From positions 1 through 18,123 of the forward strand of contig JAWSUI010000066.1 of the NCBI GenBank assembly GCA_033551855.1: a stretch of DNA of 18,123 nucleotides, written 5' to 3'. Both the position numbers and the translations under genes were made by a program. Shown here piece after piece: positions 7,723-15,304 of this stretch. Origin of the DNA: Deferrisomatales bacterium. Lineage in GTDB: Bacteria; Desulfobacterota; Deferrisomatia; Deferrisomatales; JACRMM01. Below the pieces are notes generated by a model. That model saw only the letters and a program-made list of their open reading frames with translations. It made no database searches and was not told the origin of the DNA. How positions within the stretch are numbered: position 1 is the stretch's first letter; every line of letters begins with the position of its first letter.

Positions 7723-9221
7723 TCGGCCCCCACGTCCCGATCCTTCTCCCCCTGGGGTTCCTGACGGCGGCGCTCCTGGTTCCCTTGGCCGGCGCGGTGC
7801 GACGCAGCTTCGCCCCGGCCGTGGCGGTGGCGGCCACGGCCGCGGTGGCGGCCCTGTCCCTGACAGGTCTCGCGACGGTGCTCGCCCACGGCCCCCTGCG
7901 GTACCGCGTGGGGGGGTGGGCGCCCCCGATCGGGATCGAGCTGCTCCTGGACCCCCTCTCGGCCTTCATCGCCTCGGTGGTGTCGTGCATCGCCCTCCTG
8001 GTGCTGGTCCACAGCCGCAGGGTGGTCGAGCACGAGACCCCGGACCGGGTGGTCCCCTACTACTCGGCAGCCATGGTCTTCCTCTGCGGCCTCACGGGCA
8101 TGACCCTGACCGGCGACCTCTTCAACCTCTATGTGTTCCTCGAGATCAGCTCTCTCTCGGGCTACGCCCTGCTGGGGATCGGCAACCGCCAGGCGCCCCT
8201 CTCCGCGTTCCGTTACCTCACCCTGGGCACGGCGGGAGGGTCGTTCTACCTCCTGGGGCTCGCCTTCCTCTATTTCGAGACGGGCAGCCTCAACATGGTC
8301 GACGTGGGGCACATCCTGCCCCTCCTGCCCGAGCGCGCCACGGTGGCCGTGGGGCTGGTCCTGATGACCCTGGGCATGGGGCTCAAGATGGCCCTGTTCC
8401 CCCTCCACGGCTGGCTCCCGGACGCCTACACGAACGCCGCCTCCACGAGCACGGCCCTCGTGGCCCCCATCGGGACCAAGGTCGCAGCCTACGTGCTCCT
8501 GCGGCTCTTCTTCTTCGTCCTCGGCCCCGAGACCTCCCGGGACGAGCTCCCCCTCCTGTCCGCCGTGGGGTACCTCGGGGCCGCGGGGGTGATCTGGGGC
8601 TCGATCCTGGCGATCTCGAAGAGCGAGCTCAAGCGGATGCTCGCGTACAGCTCCGTTGCCCAGGTGGGGTACATCGCCGTCGGGATCGGGCTGGGGTCGC
8701 CGCTGGGATTCATCGGGGCCGTGCTCCACACCGTGAACCACGCGTGCATGAAGGCCTGCCTCTTCCTCGTCAGCTCGAACCTCCGGGTGCGGCAGTCCCA
8801 CACCCAGATCCCCCGGTTCGACCAGACCCTGCGGCGGGCCATGCCCTGGTCCATGGCCGCCTTCGCCCTGGCGGCGATCTCCATGATCGGGCTGCCGCCC
8901 ACGGCGGGGTTCTTCAGCAAGTGGTACCTGGTCCTGGGAGCCCTCGAGCAGTCGAACTGGGTCTTCCTGGGCACGCTCCTCCTCTCGAGCCTCCTGAACG
9001 CGGTGTATTTCTTCCGGGTGCTGGAGCGGATCTACCTCGTGCGTCCTCCGGAGGCCGACCCGGCCGCGGCGGCCCCCGCCGGGGCCGTCGCCCTCCGGGA
9101 GGTGGAGGGCTCCATGCTCGTCACGACCCTCCTGCTGGCCGCAAGCCTCCTGGTGCTCGGTCTCCTCAACGCCTGGCTCGTGACCCACGTGCTGCGGCCC
9201 ATGCTCCCTGCCGGGCTGTGA
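7719..9221 (+). CDS. mrpD: Antiporter-like subunit D (first copy)
   Basis: GDLFNLYVFLEISSL, LKMALFPLHGWLPDAY, IGTKV, LKRMLAYSSVAQVGY, GLPPTAGFFSKW. ATGA overlap with mrpC. Confidence 0.93.
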   Translation: MIGPHVPILLPLGFLTAALLVPLAGAVRRSFAPAVAVAATAAVAALSLTGLATVLAHGPLRYRVGGWAPPIGIELLLDPLSAFIASVVSCIALLVLVHSRRVVEHETPDRVVPYYSAAMVFLCGLTGMTLTGDLFNLYVFLEISSLSGYALLGIGNRQAPLSAFRYLTLGTAGGSFYLLGLAFLYFETGSLNMVDVGHILPLLPERATVAVGLVLMTLGMGLKMALFPLHGWLPDAYTNAASTSTALVAPIGTKVAAYVLLRLFFFVLGPETSRDELPLLSAVGYLGAAGVIWGSILAISKSELKRMLAYSSVAQVGYIAVGIGLGSPLGFIGAVLHTVNHACMKACLFLVSSNLRVRQSHTQIPRFDQTLRRAMPWSMAAFALAAISMIGLPPTAGFFSKWYLVLGALEQSNWVFLGTLLLSSLLNAVYFFRVLERIYLVRPPEADPAAAAPAGAVALREVEGSMLVTTLLLAASLLVLGLLNAWLVTHVLRPMLPAGL

Positions 9222-9237
9222 GGCGGAGGAGGGTGGC

Positions 9238-10779
9238 ATGAGCGTCGGCGTCTACGAGACCTGGACCCCCCTGTGGGCCGTCCTCACCTCCTTCGCGGCG
9301 GTGCCCCTGATCCTCCTCTCGGGGCGCCGGCAGAACCTGAGGGAGCTCTGGACTCTGCTGGCGGCCTTCGCCAAGTTCGCACTGGTGCTCAGCCTCCTGC
9401 CGGGGGCCCTGGCCGGCGAGGTGGCCGAGTGCACGCTCCTCGAGCTCTCACCGGGCATCTCCCTGGCCCTGCGGGCCGACCCCCTGGGCACCTACTTCGC
9501 GGTCATCGCCTCGGGCCTGTGGATCCTCACGAGCTTCTACTCCATCGGGTACGTACGCTCCGCGGGAGAGGAGAGCCAGACCCGGTACTTCGCCAGCTTT
9601 GCCGTGTGCCTGGGTGCAACGATCGGCGTGGCCCTGTCGGCCAACCTGCTGACGTTCCTGGTGTTCTACGAGATCCTCTCGATCGCCACCTACCCCCTGG
9701 TGATCCACAAGGAGACGCCCGAGGCCATCTCCGGGGGCCGCAAGTACCTGACCTACGCGCTGACGGCCGGGGTGCTTCTCCTGGCTGCCATCGGCTGGAC
9801 CTACCAGGCCACCGGAAGCCTCGACTTCCGCGCCGGCGGCATGCTCGAGGGCGCGGGCCTCGGGCCCGGCGAGATCCGCGCCCTCTTCCTGCTGTTCCTG
9901 GTCGGGGTGGGGGTGAAGGCCGGCATCATGCCCCTGCACAGCTGGCTGCCGGCGGCCATGGTGGCCCCCACCCCCGTGAGCGCACTGCTCCACGCCGTGG
10001 CGGTGGTGAAGTCGGGAGTGTTCGGGGTGGTGCGGGTGGTGGGGTTCGTCTTCGGGCCGGACGTCATGGCCCAACACGGGCTGGACCTCCTCCTCGCGAC
10101 CTTCGCGGGGGCGACGATCCTGCTCGCCTCCCTCATCGCGCTCCGGCAGGACAACCTGAAGCGCCGGCTCGCCTACTCCACCGTGGGGCATCTTTCCTAC
10201 ATCGTGCTGGGGGTGGCGCTCCTCTCCCCCGACGGCTTCACGGGGGGGCTCCTGCACCTGGCCAACCACGCCACGATGAAGATCACCCTCTTCTTCTGCG
10301 CGGGCGCCATCTACGTGAGCCTGCACAAGACCGAGATCTCGGAGCTGGACGGGATCGGCCGGGCCATGCCCTGGACCATGGGGGCCTTCACCGTGGGGGC
10401 CCTGGGCCTCGCCGGGGTCCCCCCGATCAACGGCTTCGCCTCGAAGTGGCTCCTGTGCCTGGGATCGCTGGAGGCCGGCCGGCTCGCGGTCCTGGGGGTG
10501 TTCCTGCTGAGCGGGCTCCTCAACGCCGCCTACTTCTTCCCCATCGTCCACCGGGCGTTCTTCCGCGCCCCTGCGGAGACCGGGCACGGGGACGGGGGAC
10601 ACGGCCATCCCCCCGGGGAGGCGCCGGCGATCATGGTGGTGCCGATCTGCGTGGTGGCGCTCCTGTCGCTCCTCTTCGGGCTCCAACCGGACCTCTTCTT
10701 CGGGTTCTTCCGGCTGGCCTCGGCGGTGACCGCGAGCGTCCTCGCCTCGGTGGCCGGGTCGGGGATGGCGGGGCTGTGA
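9238..10779 (+). CDS. Antiporter-like subunit (MrpD/MrpA-N family, second copy)
   Basis: VFYEILSIATYPLV, VKAGIMPLHSWLPAAMVAPTPVSALLHAVAVVKSG, LKRRLAYSTVGHLSY, GFASKW. GGAGGAGG RBS. Confidence 0.92.
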   Translation: MSVGVYETWTPLWAVLTSFAAVPLILLSGRRQNLRELWTLLAAFAKFALVLSLLPGALAGEVAECTLLELSPGISLALRADPLGTYFAVIASGLWILTSFYSIGYVRSAGEESQTRYFASFAVCLGATIGVALSANLLTFLVFYEILSIATYPLVIHKETPEAISGGRKYLTYALTAGVLLLAAIGWTYQATGSLDFRAGGMLEGAGLGPGEIRALFLLFLVGVGVKAGIMPLHSWLPAAMVAPTPVSALLHAVAVVKSGVFGVVRVVGFVFGPDVMAQHGLDLLLATFAGATILLASLIALRQDNLKRRLAYSTVGHLSYIVLGVALLSPDGFTGGLLHLANHATMKITLFFCAGAIYVSLHKTEISELDGIGRAMPWTMGAFTVGALGLAGVPPINGFASKWLLCLGSLEAGRLAVLGVFLLSGLLNAAYFFPIVHRAFFRAPAETGHGDGGHGHPPGEAPAIMVVPICVVALLSLLFGLQPDLFFGFFRLASAVTASVLASVAGSGMAGL

Positions 10780-10795
10780 CCGGGAGGGCCACTCA

Positions 10796-11014
10796 ATGAA
10801 ACGCCGGCAGTGGATCGCTTTCGGCGTCCTGGCGGCGGCCTCGGCCGTTCTGCAGGCGGTCTCGCCCCACGGCGCCGAGGCCCATTGGTGGGACTACGTC
10901 CCCGGGTCCTACGCCGCCGGGGGCTTCGCCGGCTGCGTGGTGCTGATCCTGGGTGCGAAGTGGCTGGGGAAGCACGCCCTCCAGCGGGGCGAGGGGTACT
11001 ACCGTGATCGTTGA
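10796..11014 (+). CDS. Small two-TM hypothetical protein inside the mrp operon
   Basis: 72 aa with a GGGAGG RBS and two hydrophobic segments. WWDYVPGSYAAGGFAGCVVLILGAK...RGEGYY. Its stop overlaps the next start. Confidence 0.75.
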   Translation: MKRRQWIAFGVLAAASAVLQAVSPHGAEAHWWDYVPGSYAAGGFAGCVVLILGAKWLGKHALQRGEGYYRDR

Positions 11015-12731
11015 GACTCTGCCCCCCGGGTTCCTGCTGTGGCTCGGGGCTGCGCTCCTGCCCCTGCTGCCCCAGCGCCTCCGGGGCCCGGCCACGATCC
11101 TCTTCCCGCTCCTGGCCCTCGTCCGGGTCTGGGGCCTCACGGAAGGGGTGCACCTGTCGGTCCCCTACCTGGGTCAGGAGCTCGTCCTCTGCCAGTCCGA
11201 CGGCCTGCGCCGGGTCTTCGGGATGATCTTCGCGCTGATCGCCGTGCTGGGCGGGATCTACTCGCTCCACGTCCGGTCCCTCGGCCAGCAGGCGGCCTCC
11301 CTCCTCTACGCCGGGGGGGGACTGGTGGTGGCCTTCTCCGGGGACTGGCTCACCCTGTTCCTCGGCTGGGAGGTCATGGCGGTGGCCTCGGCGTGCCTGA
11401 TCTGGGCCCGCCGCACCCCCGAGGCCTCCGCGGCGGGCCTTCGCTACGTGCTCGTCCACCTGCTGGGGGGGAGTCTCCTCCTGGCAGGGATCTGCCTCCA
11501 GGTGGCCGAAACGGGCTCCCTGGCGGTGACGGCTTTTGCCCCGGGGGCCTCCGCGGCGGCGTGGCTCGCCCTGGCGGGCGTCGCGGTGAACGTGGCGCTC
11601 CCCCCCCTCCACGCCTGGCTGCCCGACAGCTACCCCAAGGCCACGGCCACCGGGTCGGTGTTCCTGAGCGCCTTCACCACCAAGACCGCCGTCCTCGTGC
11701 TGGCGCTGCTCTTCCCCGGCTGGGGGATCCTGGTGCCCCTGGGGGTGATGATGACCCTCTACGGGGTCACCTACGCCATCCTCGCCAACGACATCCGCGA
11801 GGTGCTCGCCTACCACATCGTCAGCCAGGTGGGCTACATGGTGGCCGGGGTGGGGATCGGCACCGAGCTCGGGATCAACGGGGCCGCGGCCCACGCCTAC
11901 AGCCACATCCTGTACAAGGCGCTCCTCTTCATGGGTGCCGGCGCGGTCCTCGAGACCACGGGCCGCACCCACATGGCCGACCTCGGCGGGTTCGCCCGCC
12001 GGTCGCCGGCGGTCCTCGTCCTGTACATGGTCGCGGCCTTCTCGATCTCCGGGGTGCCGCTCTTCAACGGCTTCATCAGCAAGTCCGCCGTGGTGGCGGC
12101 CGCCGCCGAGACCCACCGGACCATCTCGGTGGTGCTCCTGCTGCTCGCCTCGGTGGGCACCTTCCTCAGCGTGGGGCTCAAGCTCCCCTACCTCACCTGG
12201 TTCGGCCCGGACCGGGGCATCCGGCCCACCAAGCCACCGCCCAACATGCTCGTCGCCATGGGGATCACGGCCTTCCTGTGCTTCCTCTACGGGGTGTGGC
12301 CCGACCTGCTGTACCGGGACCTGCCCTACCCCATGCCCTACCGCCCCTACACCGGGGCACACCTGGCCGAGGCGATCCAGCTCCTCCTCTTCACGTTCCT
12401 GGCCTTCTGGTGGATGCGGAAGAAGTTCGCCGGGGAGCGGAAGATCTCCCTCGACACCGACTGGCTCTACCGCCGCCCGGGGGCGGCCGCTGCCGGCCTC
12501 GCGGTGGGGGCGGTGAACGCCCTCTTCGGCGCCGGGGAGCGCTTTGCAGAGGGTGCCGCCCGGGGCCTGGCGGAAGCGGCCCGCAACCCCGCTGCCGTCC
12601 TGGGCAGCCGATCCTCCTCGCCCCCCCCCGACCCCGACCGGCACCGCCTTCCCCTGGGCGTGAGCCTCGCCCTCACCCTGGTCGCCCTGGTAGTCCTGGC
12701 CGTCTGGGGGCTGTTGCGCCTGGGGGCGTGA
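11004..12731 (+). CDS. Antiporter-like subunit (MrpD family, third copy)
   Basis: GTG at 11004 after GAGGGG. GDWLTLFLGWEVMA, NVALPPLHAWLPDSYP, FTTKTAV, LAYHIVSQVGYM, NGFISKS, DTDWLYR. Confidence 0.92.
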   Translation: MIVETLPPGFLLWLGAALLPLLPQRLRGPATILFPLLALVRVWGLTEGVHLSVPYLGQELVLCQSDGLRRVFGMIFALIAVLGGIYSLHVRSLGQQAASLLYAGGGLVVAFSGDWLTLFLGWEVMAVASACLIWARRTPEASAAGLRYVLVHLLGGSLLLAGICLQVAETGSLAVTAFAPGASAAAWLALAGVAVNVALPPLHAWLPDSYPKATATGSVFLSAFTTKTAVLVLALLFPGWGILVPLGVMMTLYGVTYAILANDIREVLAYHIVSQVGYMVAGVGIGTELGINGAAAHAYSHILYKALLFMGAGAVLETTGRTHMADLGGFARRSPAVLVLYMVAAFSISGVPLFNGFISKSAVVAAAAETHRTISVVLLLLASVGTFLSVGLKLPYLTWFGPDRGIRPTKPPPNMLVAMGITAFLCFLYGVWPDLLYRDLPYPMPYRPYTGAHLAEAIQLLLFTFLAFWWMRKKFAGERKISLDTDWLYRRPGAAAAGLAVGAVNALFGAGERFAEGAARGLAEAARNPAAVLGSRSSSPPPDPDRHRLPLGVSLALTLVALVVLAVWGLLRLGA

Positions 12732-13651
12732 GGGTGACGGTGATCCACGAGCCCCTGGAGGATCTCTTCCTGGTGGACCTGGACCTGCCCCGGGAGGGGT
12801 TCCGGGGGTTCATCGGCTCCTGGGTCCTGCGGCGCGCCGGCGCCACGGTGCTGGTGGATCCGGGCCCCCGGGCGACGCTCCCCATCCTCCGGGACGCGCT
12901 CGCCCGGCTCCGGGTCCACCGGCTGGACGCCGTCCTCCTGACCCACATCCACATCGACCACGCCGGGGGGACGGGGCTCCTCCTGGACCGGTACCCCGAG
13001 GCGCAGGTGGTGTGCCACCGGAAGGGGATGCCCCACCTGGCCGACCCGGCCAAGCTGTGGGCCGGCTCCCTCCAGGTCTTGGGGGACCTGGCGGAGGCCT
13101 ACGGCGAGATCGCACCGGTGCCCCCCGAGCGCGTGACCTGGGAGGACTCCCTGACCTTCGGGGACCTGCCGGTGGATGCCCTCGAGACCCCGGGCCACGC
13201 GGCCCACCACGTCTCCTACCGCGTGGGGGACCTCCTCTTCGCCGGGGAGGCGGCCGGGGTGCGCTGCGCCCTGCCCGAGGGTCCCTACCTCCGCCCGGCG
13301 GCCCCTCCCCCCTTCTTCTACGAGGAGTTCCGGGTATCGCTCCTCCGCCTGGCCGCCACGGGGGCAGCCCATCTCTGCTACGGCCACGGCGGGCACACGG
13401 CGGGCGCCCGTGCGGTGTGCGAGGCCGCCCTTCGGCAGCTCGACCTCTGGGTGCGGACCGTGGAGGAGCTGGTCCGATCCGGAGGCGAAGACCTCGCCCG
13501 GGCTGCATTCGACCGCCTCCTCGACGTCGATCCGGCCTTCGCCCGCTTCCGCGACCTGCCCCCCGACGTCCAGGCGCGGGAGCGCTACTTCTTCGGCAAC
13601 ACCCTCCAGGGCCTCCGGGGCGACGCCGAGCGCCGCCTGGCGGGCGGTTAG
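12728..13651 (+). CDS. Metallo-beta-lactamase-fold hydrolase
   Basis: LVDPGP, THIHIDHAGG (HxHxDH), TPGHAAHH, FAGEAAG, CYGHGG. GTG overlaps the upstream stop (GTGA); alternative GTG starts at 12734 and 12740. Confidence 0.9.
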   Translation: MRVTVIHEPLEDLFLVDLDLPREGFRGFIGSWVLRRAGATVLVDPGPRATLPILRDALARLRVHRLDAVLLTHIHIDHAGGTGLLLDRYPEAQVVCHRKGMPHLADPAKLWAGSLQVLGDLAEAYGEIAPVPPERVTWEDSLTFGDLPVDALETPGHAAHHVSYRVGDLLFAGEAAGVRCALPEGPYLRPAAPPPFFYEEFRVSLLRLAATGAAHLCYGHGGHTAGARAVCEAALRQLDLWVRTVEELVRSGGEDLARAAFDRLLDVDPAFARFRDLPPDVQARERYFFGNTLQGLRGDAERRLAGG

Positions 13652-13837
13652 GCAGGCGGCCCTACCTGCCGGCCGCCACGTGCCCTGGGGTCCACCCTAC
13701 CTGCCCCACCTGACCCCGTTGGCCCGACTGCTGTCGGCGAAATGGCATTGTATTGTGCGGCGAAGTGGTAGCCTATGGCATGGCGACATGGGATGGCGGC
13801 GAGCGCGGCCGAAGCAGCACGATCGGCGGGATGGAGC

Positions 13838-13900
13838 ATGATGCAGGGGTATCTTCGGCGGACCGTCGATGAAGAGCTGGACGAGTTGCTACCAGTTGCT
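13838..13900 (+). pseudogene. 5' fragment of a probable AAA-family ATPase (AAA_14/DUF4143 type), truncated by the element
   Basis: MMQGYLRRTVDEELDELLPVA resembles the Y-x-x-R-x-V-D-x-E-L-D-E-L-L N-terminus of these ATPases. It stops before any Walker A motif, exactly where the inverted repeat begins (13901). Confidence 0.5.
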
Positions 13901-14069
13901 GGGGTCAGGTCTACACTTCTGACAGGTCAAAGAACGGTAGCTGGCGATACATCAGGTTCTTGAGGGGGACGGCTCGCGAAAGCACAGGTGGCGTCCGCGC
14001 GGGAGTTGCGGCGGGTGTTCGAGGAGGTGGGGAGGGGGTTGCGGTTGTCACAAGTGTAGACCTGACCCC
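13901..14069. mobile_element. 169-bp non-autonomous element (MITE-like) with 24-bp terminal inverted repeats
   Basis: GGGGTCAGGTCTACACTTCTGACA (13901-13924) and TGTCACAAGTGTAGACCTGACCCC (14046-14069) are 23/24 complementary. An internal frame AKAQVASARELRRVFEEVGRGLRLSQV* runs into the right repeat. Confidence 0.8.
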
Positions 14070-14197
14070 GTTGGCCCCATTTCCATCGGGACGTCCCCTC
14101 TGTCGATCCCAGGGGCCGCGCTCGAGTCGGCCGCGTCTGGGGGCGGCGGCCCGGCGGCGGGGCGTCGCTGCCCGGGCCCTCGGCGTGCCGGGGACAC

Positions 14198-14413
14198 CTC
14201 CGTGCGCCGCCACTCCCCCGTGTCTCCCACGTTGGGGTCGAAGCCCGCCTGGTTCGAGAGCCGGCACTCCCCCCGGCGGTTCACCCGGGCGTCCCGGTAC
14301 CCGCCGGGGAGCTCCACGGCGCTGTCCCCGTAGGGGTTGCGCTACGTCTCCACCCCCCGGACGGCCTCGCTCCAGCTCCGGGCGATGCGGTCCTGGGAGG
14401 CCTGCTGCTCCCT
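14198..14413 (-). pseudogene. Degenerate 3' fragment of a conserved hypothetical protein with an in-frame amber stop
   Basis: One frame reads REQQASQDRIARSWSEAVRGVET*RNPYGDSAVELPGGYRDARVNRRGECRLSNQAGFDPNVGDTGEWRRTE. The TAG at 14344-14342 splits protein-like sequence, and there is no credible N-terminus. Confidence 0.55.
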
Positions 14414-14529
14414 CCTCGGCCCCTCGGGCGAGCCTGGGCAAGCGCGCCGCCTCCCGCGCGGCACCGCGTCGCGAACCGCGCGGTTGCACCTGCGTGCCCC
14501 TAGCAGTGGTCCGATGACCAGCCGCGTGC

Positions 14530-14682
14530 TCATTCCGGCAGGCCGGCCTGCCTCAGTTGGTCCAGCGTCCACTCGGCGATCGAGGGGTCCCGGTAACGGA
14601 GCCCGGCATAGAGACGGCGGCTCGAAAACCGGGGGTTGTTCCGCAGAAGCTCCTGGGCGGCCGCGCGGGCCTCCTCCTTCCC
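14530..14682 (-). pseudogene. 3' fragment of a TolB-like/TPR (adenylate-cyclase-associated type) protein
   Basis: GKEEARAAAQELLRNNPRFSSRRLYAGLRYRDPSIAEWTLDQLRQAGLPE* matches the characteristic ...EARAAAxELLRxNPxFS...YxDP...LRxAGLPE C-terminus. An in-frame TAG lies shortly upstream and there is no start codon. Not in the ORF track. Confidence 0.65.
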
Positions 14683-14941
14683 ACCCCGACCGACGCCTCG
14701 GACATCGACCGGGGTGAGGAGGGGCCAAGTCCCCCTGACCCCCTACCTGCCTCATCCGGTATCGGCCCCGGCGAATAGGATTGGAAGGTCCCGCGGCCTG
14801 CGGTATATGCTTTGAGCGGCGCTGAGCCTCTCGGCGGTCAAGAGCCGGAGCGCCAGGGGGGGGCTGCCCCGGGCGCTTTCCTCGCCGCTTCACGGGCCGG
14901 CGATGGAGTCGATCGGCGCGGCAGAACGGAGTAGGCAGGGC

Positions 14942-15304
14942 ATGGAGACGGTGGCAATCGAACCCCAGGTTCCCGGACAGCGACTCCCGGAGGCGACCGT
15001 GGAGGAGATCGTACGGGCCATCGCGGAAGCGTTCCGGCCGCTCCAGATCGTGGTCTTCGGATCGTACGCCCGAGGGCATCCGACCCCCGAGAGTGACCTG
15101 GACCTCCTGGTCGTGATGGACACGGACTTGCCCCGGCACCGGAGGGCGGTGCCCCTGCGCCTGCTCTTCCGCCCCGCCCCGTGCTCCATGGACATACTGG
15201 TCTACACCCCGGAAGAGGTGGACCGGTGGAAAGGGACGGTAAACCACGTGGTGACCGAAGCCTATGCGTCCGGGAGGATCGCGTATGAGCGCTCCCGGCA
15301 CTGA
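14942..15304 (+). CDS. Minimal nucleotidyltransferase (MNT), putative antitoxin
   Basis: IVVFGSYARGHPTPESDLDLLVV contains GS-x10-DxD, followed by MDILVYTPEE. Start at 14942 or 14903. Confidence 0.9.
   Translation: METVAIEPQVPGQRLPEATVEEIVRAIAEAFRPLQIVVFGSYARGHPTPESDLDLLVVMDTDLPRHRRAVPLRLLFRPAPCSMDILVYTPEEVDRWKGTVNHVVTEAYASGRIAYERSRH

Larger units (their letters stand above)
13708..14077 (+). repeat. 18-bp direct repeat ACCTGACCCCGTTGGCCC at 13708-13725 and 14060-14077
   Basis: Exact match read from the sequence. The second copy consists of the right end of the 169-bp element plus 8 flanking nt. Confidence 0.85.

Noticed and set aside
5207..12731. Interpretation as a membrane-bound hydrogenase (Mbh/Ech) or complex I operon
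   Set aside because: No NiFe large or small subunit, Fe-S subunit or NuoH-like gene is present in the window.
7677..13651. Long overlapping ORFs (7677..9239 -, 9273..10799 +, 10530..12644 -, N-terminal part of 11039..13651 +)
   Set aside because: Shadow frames of GC3-biased mrp genes. Only the part of the 870-aa ORF from about 12728 is protein-like.
14342..14344. Pyrrolysine read-through of the TAG
   Set aside because: The fragment lacks an N-terminus and appears to show other degenerate changes. No pyl genes are in the window.
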